From Eledone cirrhosa (Eukaryota): DNA of 64,000 bases. The position numbers and the translations under genes are program-made. Shown here piece after piece: positions 1-10,200 of this stretch. Position 1 is the first letter of the stretch; every line of letters begins with the position of its first letter. Where the stretch lies: the NCBI GenBank assembly GCA_964016885.1, contig OZ024744.1:36022001-36086000 (forward strand). Reading direction: 5' to 3'. The notes beneath the pieces are model-generated. The model searched no databases, was not told the origin of the DNA, and saw only the letters and a program-made list of their open reading frames with translations.

Positions 1-880
1 AGGCTTCTCAGCTGTTAATATGCATAAGGTAATTATATGCGTTCAACAATCTGGCAGGAAGTTATACGTTGCTGACGATAGCTAATAAGCTTGACACTAG
101 TACAGCGTTCCTTTGTCAGAGTTGAACAAACGAGCAACGATGGTTGCTGGACACTACGGCTTAATACCGGATATTTGTTTACAAACACACCGAGCATTAT
201 AATAAATGTTTGGTGAATCCATACGTGAATATATGTATGTGTGCATGTATGTATAGATATATATACATACTACTGTACGTCTGTATACATATATGTATGT
301 ACGTCTACATACTTATATTTAAGTAACAGCCGTACTAAGAGTGGGAAATGAAATTTTGTTTCATTTTTCCGTTTATCGTTTTCGGTGGACCCGGCCGATT
401 AACCCACTCGATATGCAAATTAGGCTTCTCAGCTGTTAATATGCATAAGGTAAGTATATGCGTTCAACAATCTGGCCGAAGGTATACGTTGCTGACGATA
501 GCTAATAAGCTTGACACTAGTACAGCGTTCCTTTGTCAGAGTTGAACAAACGAGCAACGATGGTTGCTGGACACTACGGCTTAATACCGGATATTTGTTT
601 ACAAACACACCGAGCATTAAAATAAATGTTCGGTGAATCCATACGTAAAGATATATATGTGTGCATGTATGTATATATATATACATACAACTGTTCGTTT
701 GTATACGTATATGTATGTACGTGTACATAATTATATTTAAGTAACAGCCGTACTAAGAGTGGGAAATGAAATTTCGTTTCATTTTTTCCGTTTATCGTTT
801 TCGGTGCACCCGGCTTATTAACCCACTCGATATGCAAATTGAGCTTCTCAGCTGTTAATATGTATAAGGTAAGTATATAC

Positions 881-967
881 GTTCAACAATCTGTCAGGAA
901 GGTATACGTTGCTGACGATAGCTAATAAGCTTGAAACTAGTACAGCGCTCCTTTGTCAGTGTTGAAC
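881..967 (+). ncRNA. Type I hammerhead ribozyme motif in the repeat unit (representative copy; present intact or mutated in nearly every unit)
   Basis: CTGACGA at 912-918, stem II agct-aata-agct, GAAAC at 933-937, stem III AC-TA-GT (palindrome ACTAGT), GUA triplet at 940-942, stem I cgttg/cagcg extended by gttcaaca/tgttgaac. Matches the established CUGANGA...GAAA...NUH core. Confidence 0.85.
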
Positions 968-3900
968 AAACGAGCAACGATTGTTGCTGGACACTACGGC
1001 TTAATACGTGATGTTTGTTTACAAACACACCGAGCATTATAGTAAATGTTCGGTGAATCCATACGTACATATATATATATGAGTGTGCATGTATGTATAT
1101 ATATATACATACTACTGTACGTCTTTATACATATATGTATTTTTAAGTAACAGCCGTACTAAGAGTGGGAAATGAAATTTCGTTTCATTTTTCCGTTTAT
1201 CGTTTTCGGTGCACCCGGCCGATTAACCCACTCGATATGCAAATTAGGCTTCTCAGCTGTTAATATGCATAAGGTAAATATATACGTTCAACAATCTGGC
1301 AAGAAGGTGTACGTTGCTGACGATCGCTAATAAGCTTGAAACTAGTACAGCGTTCCTTTGTCAGTGTTGAACAAACGAGCAACGATAGTTGCTGGACACT
1401 ACGGCTTAATACGGGATGTTTGTTTACAAACACAACGAGGATTATAATAAATGTTCGGTGAATCCATACGTACATATATATATGTGTGCATGTATGTATA
1501 TATATATATACATACTACTGTACGTTTCTATACATATATGTATGTACGTGTGCATACTTATATTTAAGTCAGACGTACTAAGGGTGGTAAATGAAATTTC
1601 GTTTCATTTTTTCCGTTTATCGCTTTCGGTGCACCCGGCCGATTAACCCACTCGATATGCAAATTAGGCATCTCAGCTGTTAATATGCATAAGATAAGTA
1701 TATACGTTCAACAATTTGGCAGGAAGGTATACGTTGCTGACGATAGCTAATAAGCTTGAAACAAGTACAGCGTTCCTTTGACAGTGTTGAACAAACGAGC
1801 AACGATGGTTGCTGGACACTACGGCTTAATACGGGATATTTGTTTACAAACACACCAAGCATTAAAATAAATGTTCGGTGAATCCATACGGAAAGATATA
1901 TATGTGTGCATGTATGTATATATAAATATATACATACTACTGTACGTCTGTATACATATATGTATGTACGTTTACATACTTATATTTAAGTAACAGCCGT
2001 ACTAAGAGTGGGAAATTTAATTTTGTTTCATTTTTCCGTTTATCGTTTACGGAGCACCCGGCCGATTAACCCACTCGATATGCAAATTAGGCTTCTCAGC
2101 TGTTATTATGCATAAGGTAAGTATATACGTTCAACAATCTGGCAAGCAGGTATACTTTGCTGACGATAGCTAATAAGCTTGAAACTAGTACAGCGTTCCT
2201 TTGTTAGTGTTGAACAAACGAGCAACGATGGTTGCTGGACACTACGGCTTAATACGGGATGTTTGTTTACAAACACACCGAGCATTATAATAAATGTTCG
2301 GTGTATCCATACGTACATATATATATGTGTGCATGTATGTATATATATATATATATATATACATACTACTGTACGTCTGTATACATATATGTATGTACGT
2401 TTACATACTTATATTTAAGTAACAGCCGTACTAAGAGTGGGAAATGAAATTTCGTTTCATTTTTTCCGTTTATCGTTTTCGGTGCACCCGGCCGATTAAC
2501 CCACTCGATATGCAAATTAGGCATCTCAGCTGTTAATATGCATAAGATTAGTATATACGTTCAACAATTTGGCAGGAAGATATAAGTTGCTGACGATAGC
2601 TAATAAGCTTGAATCTAGTACAGCGTTACTTTGTCAGTGTTGAACAAACGAGCAACGATGGTTGCTGGACACTACGGCTTAATACGGGATATTTGTTTAC
2701 AAACACACCGAGCATTAAAATAAATGTTCTGTGAATCATTACGTAAAGATATATATGTGTGCATGTATGTATATATATATATATACAATCTACTGTACGT
2801 TTGTATACATATATGTATGTACGTGTACATACTTATATTTAAGTAACCGCCGTACTAAGAGTGGGAAATGAAATTTCGTTTCATTTTTTTCCGTTTATCG
2901 TTTTCGGTGCACCCGGCCGATTAACCCACTCGATATGTAAATTGAGGCTTCTCAGCTGTTAATATGCATAAGGTAAGTTTATAGGTTCAACAATCTGGCA
3001 GGAAGTTATATGTTGCTGACGATAGCTAATAAGCTTGAAACTAGTACAGCGTTCTTTTGTCAGTGCTGAACAAACGAGCAACGATGGTTGCTGGACACTA
3101 CGGCTTAATACGGGATGTTTGTTTACAAACACACCGAGTATTATAATAAATGTTCGGTGAATCCATACGTACATATATATATGTGTGCATGTATATATAT
3201 ATATATATACATACTACTGTAACAGCCGTACAAAGAGTGGGAAATGAAATTTCGTTTCATTTTTTCCGTTTATCGTTTTCGGTGCACCCGGCCTATTAAC
3301 CCACTCGATATGCAACTTGACCTTCTCAGCTGTTAATATGCACAAGGTAAGTATATACGTTCAACAATATGTCAGGAAGGTATACGTGGCTGACGATAGC
3401 TAATAAGCTTGAAACTAGTACAGCGTTCCTTTGTCAGTGTTGAACAAACGAGCAACGATGGTTGCTGGACACTACGGCTTAATACGTGATGTTTGTTTAC
3501 AAACACACCGAGCATTATAATAAATGTTCGGTGAATCCATACGTACATATATATATGTGTGCATGTATGTATATATATATACATACTACTGTACGTCTGT
3601 ATACATATATGTATGTACGTGTACATACTTATATTTAAGTAACAGCCGAAATAAGAGTGGGAAATGAAATTTCGTTTCATTTTTTCCGTTTATTGTATTC
3701 GGTGCACCCGGCCGATTAAACCACTCGATATGCAAATTGGGCTTCTCAGCTGTTAATATGCATAAGGTAAGTATATACGTTCAACAATCTAGCAGGAAGG
3801 TATACGTTGCTGACAATAGGTAATAAGCTTGAAATTAGTACAGCGTTCGTTTGTCAGTGTTAAACAAACGAGCAACGATGGTTGATGGACACTACGGCTT

Positions 3901-3985
3901 AATACGGGATGTTTGTTTACAAACACACGGAGAATTATAATAAACGTTCGGTGAGTTCATACGTACATATATATATGTGTGCATG

Positions 3986-3989
<4 letters not shown>

Positions 3990-4050
<61 letters not shown>
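3990..4050. repeat. Expanded (TA)n microsatellite at the PLE insertion site
   Basis: About 30 TA units, compared with 5-10 at the same position in other units. A further (TA)10 lies at 7461-7480. Confidence 0.95.
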
Positions 4051-4056
<6 letters not shown>

Positions 4057-4570
4057 ATATTTGGGGAGGGTCATATTTGCGTAATATTGCCAGAATTAAT
4101 AACAGAACACACTCACTGTTTGGTTGGTTTTCGCTTCTCGCTGTCTTTTATATATATATATCTGCGATCTAACTTACTCGGTCCTCAATGTTGCCATTGA
4201 CTGACCGGCGGTCAAAAATAATAATACAGATACAATATAGACAAACACATATATATATAGTTTACATAAATCTTTCGTTGCACATCTGCAACATCGTCAG
4301 TGGTGTTATATTCATTGTTCCTCCTGTTGTGTTGTATGTCTACGCCATTTTTTTTGTTCAGTCTGTCTATATATTTATTTATTTATTTATTTGCTTGTTT
4401 GTTTATCTTATTTTATTTTGTCTTCTTTGCGCATGCGTGTGTGTATAGTGTTATGTGTGATGTGTGACTAGTGTGTATAGTGTTGTGTCTGCTGGGTGAC
4501 TAGTGTGTGTTTATGTGCTTGTGTATGTATTTATTTATCTTATTTTATTTAATTTAATTTACTTATTTAT

Positions 4571-5650
4571 TTATACTTCTCTTAGGTCAGTGTTGTTTGT
4601 TTGGGTGTTGTTGTTGTTCCACTCATTCTTTCTGTTTAGCTTTGGTCTTCTAATTTCTATTTCACTGGCCTCTCTGATTTGCCTATCTGCTGGGTCATTC
4701 CTATGTTTAGATATTATTCTAATTTCTATGTTGTCTATGTTACCGTCATGATGTTGTCTAGCATGTTCGTATAGTACTGACCCGTTTTTTCGTCCTTTTA
4801 GTTCCCCCCAGTGTTGGTCTATCCTTTCACCTATGCTACGAGCTGTCTCACCTATGTATGTTGTTGTCGTGTTTCTGCAAGTACCCTCTGTACATCTTAT
4901 GCTATAGACTACGTTTCTAGTTTTACAGTTTATCCGGGGGTTCACCTTACATATGATACATTTCCTATTGGTACAGTGGGTTTTCTTAAAAGGGTAGGTT
5001 TTGCTGATCAGGGATTTTATGGTGGTTCCTGGCTTTTCTACCACCTTTATTTTTAAGTGGGTCTTTCTCAGGGCCTTTCTACACTGGTTAGCTAATTTCC
5101 CTCCAGGGGTGGCGTCCACAAACATGACACTCTGATATCTCTGGTTGTCGTACCATGATGTGGCCTTCCCTATCTTATGTCTAGCCCTATCTAAGCTATT
5201 CCATGATTTGCTCCTGTATAGTGGGCAAATTCCTTTCATGTCCAGTTCTATGAGGGTCTTATACTTTTCCATGGCTCCTTCGTATACTCTGACTCTGTCT
5301 CTTTGGTTGTAGCCAGAGAACTGCATGCGGTTGATGAAGTGTTGGATGTGTCCTTCCATTTCTGTTGGGTCGCACATGCTGGACACATTCTTCATCACTC
5401 GTACCAAATCTGCGATCAGAATATTAAACTTAGCACTACTGGACATTGCTGAGTTTTTGAGTATCAGGTATTTGGAGGCCATGGGTTTAGCATAGTGTGA
5501 GTGGAGAATTTGGGCTCTCTCGTCTATAGTGTTAATCCAGAGTTCTGTGTCTAATACAGGTAGTCTATTGTTAGGGTGTTTGGAAGGGAAGTCTATAGTT
5601 ACAGTTATACTCTGGTGTATGGAATTAGCTATCTGCTGGATGCTTTCCAT
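4571..5650 (-). CDS. Inverted copy of the Penelope-like RT/GIY-YIG ORF (retains canonical YIGET)
   Basis: The 359-aa translation is identical to 5798-6877 except E for K in YIG(E/K)T. Confidence 0.9.
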   Translation of the reverse strand: MESIQQIANSIHQSITVTIDFPSKHPNNRLPVLDTELWINTIDERAQILHSHYAKPMASKYLILKNSAMSSSAKFNILIADLVRVMKNVSSMCDPTEMEGHIQHFINRMQFSGYNQRDRVRVYEGAMEKYKTLIELDMKGICPLYRSKSWNSLDRARHKIGKATSWYDNQRYQSVMFVDATPGGKLANQCRKALRKTHLKIKVVEKPGTTIKSLISKTYPFKKTHCTNRKCIICKVNPRINCKTRNVVYSIRCTEGTCRNTTTTYIGETARSIGERIDQHWGELKGRKNGSVLYEHARQHHDGNIDNIEIRIISKHRNDPADRQIREASEIEIRRPKLNRKNEWNNNNTQTNNTDLREV

Positions 5651-5797
5651 CGTGCTACGTTCTAAATCAAACTTGTTAGTGCTCTCTAGTGGGGGTGTTC
5701 TTATAACTATATTGATATCAATATAGACGATATCAATATAGTTATAAGAACACCCCCACTAGAGAGCACTAACAAGTTTGATTTAGAACGTAGCACG

Positions 5798-6877
5798 ATG
5801 GAAAGCATCCAGCAGATAGCTAATTCCATACACCAGAGTATAACTGTAACTATAGACTTCCCTTCCAAACACCCTAACAATAGACTACCTGTATTAGACA
5901 CAGAACTCTGGATTAACACTATAGACGAGAGAGCCCAAATTCTCCACTCACACTATGCTAAACCCATGGCCTCCAAATACCTGATACTCAAAAACTCAGC
6001 AATGTCCAGTAGTGCTAAGTTTAATATTCTGATCGCAGATTTGGTACGAGTGATGAAGAATGTGTCCAGCATGTGCGACCCAACAGAAATGGAAGGACAC
6101 ATCCAACACTTCATCAACCGCATGCAGTTCTCTGGCTACAACCAAAGAGACAGAGTCAGAGTATACGAAGGAGCCATGGAAAAGTATAAGACCCTCATAG
6201 AACTGGACATGAAAGGAATTTGCCCACTATACAGGAGCAAATCATGGAATAGCTTAGATAGGGCTAGACATAAGATAGGGAAGGCCACATCATGGTACGA
6301 CAACCAGAGATATCAGAGTGTCATGTTTGTGGACGCCACCCCTGGAGGGAAATTAGCTAACCAGTGTAGAAAGGCCCTGAGAAAGACCCACTTAAAAATA
6401 AAGGTGGTAGAAAAGCCAGGAACCACCATAAAATCCCTGATCAGCAAAACCTACCCTTTTAAGAAAACCCACTGTACCAATAGGAAATGTATCATATGTA
6501 AGGTGAACCCCCGGATAAACTGTAAAACTAGAAACGTAGTCTATAGCATAAGATGTACAGAGGGTACTTGCAGAAACACGACAACAACATACATAGGTAA
6601 GACAGCTCGTAGCATAGGTGAAAGGATAGACCAACACTGGGGGGAACTAAAAGGACGAAAAAACGGGTCAGTACTATACGAACATGCTAGACAACATCAT
6701 GACGGTAACATAGACAACATAGAAATTAGAATAATATCTAAACATAGGAATGACCCAGCAGATAGGCAAATCAGAGAGGCCAGTGAAATAGAAATTAGAA
6801 GACCAAAGCTAAACAGAAAGAATGAGTGGAACAACAACAACACCCAAACAAACAACACTGACCTAAGAGAAGTATAA
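5798..6877 (+). CDS. Penelope-like RT C-terminal part, Cys-rich linker and GIY-YIG endonuclease (5'-truncated; the open frame extends upstream to ~5723, IDDINIV)
   Basis: LPVLDTEL (RT motif 6/7-like), HYAKPM...SGY thumb region, linker CTNRKCIIC, VVYSIRC...C...YIGKT.R...R..QH, EH...H, REA.EI..RPKLN. These are GIY-YIG motifs with the PLE CCHH residues. Confidence 0.9.
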   Translation: MESIQQIANSIHQSITVTIDFPSKHPNNRLPVLDTELWINTIDERAQILHSHYAKPMASKYLILKNSAMSSSAKFNILIADLVRVMKNVSSMCDPTEMEGHIQHFINRMQFSGYNQRDRVRVYEGAMEKYKTLIELDMKGICPLYRSKSWNSLDRARHKIGKATSWYDNQRYQSVMFVDATPGGKLANQCRKALRKTHLKIKVVEKPGTTIKSLISKTYPFKKTHCTNRKCIICKVNPRINCKTRNVVYSIRCTEGTCRNTTTTYIGKTARSIGERIDQHWGELKGRKNGSVLYEHARQHHDGNIDNIEIRIISKHRNDPADRQIREASEIEIRRPKLNRKNEWNNNNTQTNNTDLREV

Positions 6878-7160
6878 ATAAATAAGTAAATTAAATTAAA
6901 TAAAATAAGATAAATAAATACATACACAAGCACATAAACACACACTAGTCACCCAGCAGACACAACACTATACACACTAGTCACACATCACACATAACAC
7001 TATACACACACGCATGCGCAAAGAAGACAAAATAAAATAAGATAAACAAACAAGCAAATAAATAAATAAATAAATATATAGACAGACTGAACAAAAAAAA
7101 ACACAACAAAAAAAAAATGGCGTAGACATACAACACAACAGGAGGAACAATGAATATAAC

Positions 7161-7201
7161 ACCACTGACGATGTTGCAGATGTGCAACGAAAGATTTATG
7201 T
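7161..7201 (+). ncRNA. Hammerhead-like motif in the 3' UTR/pLTR of the Penelope-like element (mirror copy on - strand at ~4264-4304)
   Basis: CTGACGA(7165-7171)-t-gttgca-gatg-tgcaac-GAAA(7189-7192) gives a perfect 6-bp stem II. Stem III (AG-AT-TT, UUA triplet) and stem I (2 bp) are weak. PLE pLTRs are known to carry minimal hammerheads. Confidence 0.5.
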
Positions 7202-10200
7202 AAACTATATATATATGTGTTTGTCTATATTGTATCTGTATTATTATTTTTGACCGCCGGTCAGTCAATGGCAACATTGAGGACCGAGTAAGTTAGATCG
7301 CAGATATATATATATAAAAGACAGCGAGAAGCGAAAACCAACCAAACAGTGAGTGTGTTCTGTTATTAATTCTGGCAATATTACGCAAATATGACCCTCC
7401 CCAAATATAACAATATCTGTTTCGACACACGATTTCATATAAAAAACCTCGCAAAACTAATATATATATATATATATATACATACTACTGTACGTTTGTT
7501 TACATATATGTATGTACGTGTACATACTTATATTTAAGTAACAGCCGTACTAAGAGTGGGAAATGAAATTTCGTTTCATTTTTTCCGTTTATCGTTTTCG
7601 GTGCACCCGGCGATTAACCCACTCGATATGCAAATTAGGCATCTCAGATGTTAATATGGATAAGGTAAGTATATACGTTCAACAATTTGGCAGGATGTAT
7701 ACGTTTCTGACGATAGCTGTGAATCCATACGTACATATATATATATGTGTGCATGTATGTATATATATATACTACTGTACGTCTGTATACATATATGTAT
7801 GTACGTGTACATACTTATCTTTAAGTAACAGTCGTACTAAGAGTGGGAAATGAAATTTCGTTTCATTTTTTCCGTTTATCGTTTTCGGTACACCCGGCCG
7901 ATTAACCCACTCGATATGCAAACTGGGCTTCTCAGCTGTTAATATACATAAGGTAAGTATATACGTTCAACAATCTAGCAGAAAGGTATACGTTGCTGAC
8001 AATAGCTAATAAGCTTGAAACTAGTACAGCGTTCCTTTGTCAGTGTTGAACAAACGAGCAACGATGGATGCTGGACACTACGGCTTAATACGGGTTGTTT
8101 TTTTACAAACACACCGAGCATTATAATAAATGTTCGTTGAATCCATACGTACATATATATATGTGTACATGTATGTATATATATATACTACTGTACGTCT
8201 GTATACATATATGTATGTACATGTACATACTTATATTTAAGTAACAGCCGTACTAAGAGTGGGAAATGAAATTTCATTTCATTTTTTCCGTATCGTTTTC
8301 GGTGCACCCGGCCTATTAACCCACTCGATATGCAAATTGGGCTTCTCAGCTGTTAATATGCATAAAGTAAGTATATACGTTCAATAATCTGGCAGGAAGG
8401 TATACGTTGCTGACGATAGCTAATAAGCTTGAAACTAGTACAGCGTTCCCTTGTTAGTGTTGAACAAACGAGCAACGATGGTTGCTGGACACTACGGCTT
8501 AATACGTGATGTTTCTTTACAAACACACCGAGCATTATAAAAAATGTTCGGTGAATCCATACGTACATGTATATATATGTGTGTGCATGTATGTATATAT
8601 ATATACATATTACTGTACGTCTGTATACATATATGTATGTACGTCTACATACTTATATTTAAGTAACAGCCGTACTAAGTGTGGGAAATGAAATTTCGTT
8701 TCATTTTTTCCGTTTATCGTTTTCGGTGAACCCGGCCGATTGACCCACTGGATATGCAAATTAGGCTTCTCAGCTGGTAATATGCATAAGGTAAGTATAT
8801 ACATTCAACGATCTAGCTGGAAGGTATACGTTGTTGACAATAGCTAATAAGCTTGAAACTACTACAGCGCTCCTTCGTCAGTGTTGAACAAACGAGCAAC
8901 GATGGTTGCTGGACACTACGGCTTAATACGGGTTGTTTTTTTACAAACACACCGAGAATTATAATAAATGTTCGGTGAATCCATACGTACATATATATAT
9001 ATATATATATGTGTGTGCATGTATGTATATATATATATACACAGTACTGTACGTCTGAATACACATATGTATGTACGTGTACATACTTATATTTAAGTAA
9101 GAGCCGTACAAAGAATGGGAAATGAAATTTCGTTTCATTTTTTCCGTTCATCGTTTTCGGTGCATCCGGCCGATTAACCCACTCGATATGCAAATTGGGC
9201 TTCTCAGCTGTTAATATTCATAAGGTAAGTATATACGTTCAACAATCTAGCAGAAAGGTATACGTTGCTGACGATAGCTAATAAGCTTGAAACTAGTACA
9301 GCATTCCTTTGTCAGTGTTGAACAAACGAGCAACGATGGTTGCTGGACACTATGGCTTAATACGTGATGTTTGTTTACAAACACACCGAGCATTATGAAA
9401 AATGTTCGGTGAATCCATACGTACATATATATATGTGTGCATGCATGTATATATATATACTACTGTACGTCTGTATACATATATGTATGTCCGTGTACAT
9501 ACTTATATTTAAGTAACAGCTGTACTAAGAGTGGGAAATGAAATTACGTTTCATTTTTTCCGCTTATCGTTTTCGGTGCACCCTGCCGATTAACCCATTC
9601 GATATGCAAATTGGGCATCTCAGCTTTTAATATGCATGAGGTAAGTATATACGTTCAACAATCTGCCAGGAAGGTATACGTTGCTAACGATAGCTAATAA
9701 GCTTGAAACTAGTACAGCGTTCCTTTGTCAGTGTTGAACAAACGAGCAACGATGGTTGCTGGACACTACGGCTTAATACGGGATGTTTCTTTACAAACAC
9801 ACGGAGCATTATAATATATGTTCGGTGAAGCCATACGTACATATATAAATGTGTGCATGTATGTATATATATATACATACTACTGTACGTCTGTATACAT
9901 ATATGTATGTACGTGTACATACTTATATTTAAGTAACAGCCGTACTAAGAGTGGGAAATCAAATTTCGTTTCATTTTTTAGGTTTATCGTTTTCGGTGCA
10001 CCCGGCCAATTAACCCACTCGATATGCAAACTGGGCTTCTCAGCTGTTAATATGCATAAGGTAAGTATATACGTTCAACAATCTAGCAGGAAGGTATACG
10101 TTGCTGACAATAGCTAATAAGCTTGAAACTAGTATAGCGTTCCTTTGTCAGTGTTAAACAAACAAGCAACGATGGTTGCTGGACACTACGGCTTAATACC

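Larger units (their letters stand above)
4049..7460 (+). mobile_element. 5'-truncated Penelope-like retroelement (C-terminal EN+) inserted as an inverted duplication in a (TA)n tract
   Basis: Arms 4049-5719 and 5729-7416 are reverse complements. A ~44-nt extra 3' tail (7417-7460) is on the + copy only. Flanked by (TA)n on both sides, and the satellite unit resumes in register at 7481 (catactactg). Encodes RT thumb plus GIY-YIG. Confidence 0.93.

Noticed and set aside
7150-7182. SECIS element (ATGA...GA) as in selenoprotein-coding Naiad PLEs
   Set aside because: The helix is too short with no apical AA, there is no in-frame TGA in the ORF, and the endonuclease is C-terminal, unlike Naiads.
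4188-7277. Antisense or overlapping small ORFs in the PLE arms
   Set aside because: Low-complexity shadows of the main ORF and the A-rich UTR, duplicated only because of the palindrome.
4049-7416. Palindrome as a pure sequencing fold-back artefact
   Set aside because: The satellite continues in the same orientation and register on both sides, the arms differ at two sites and only one has the tail. Read-level confirmation is still advisable.
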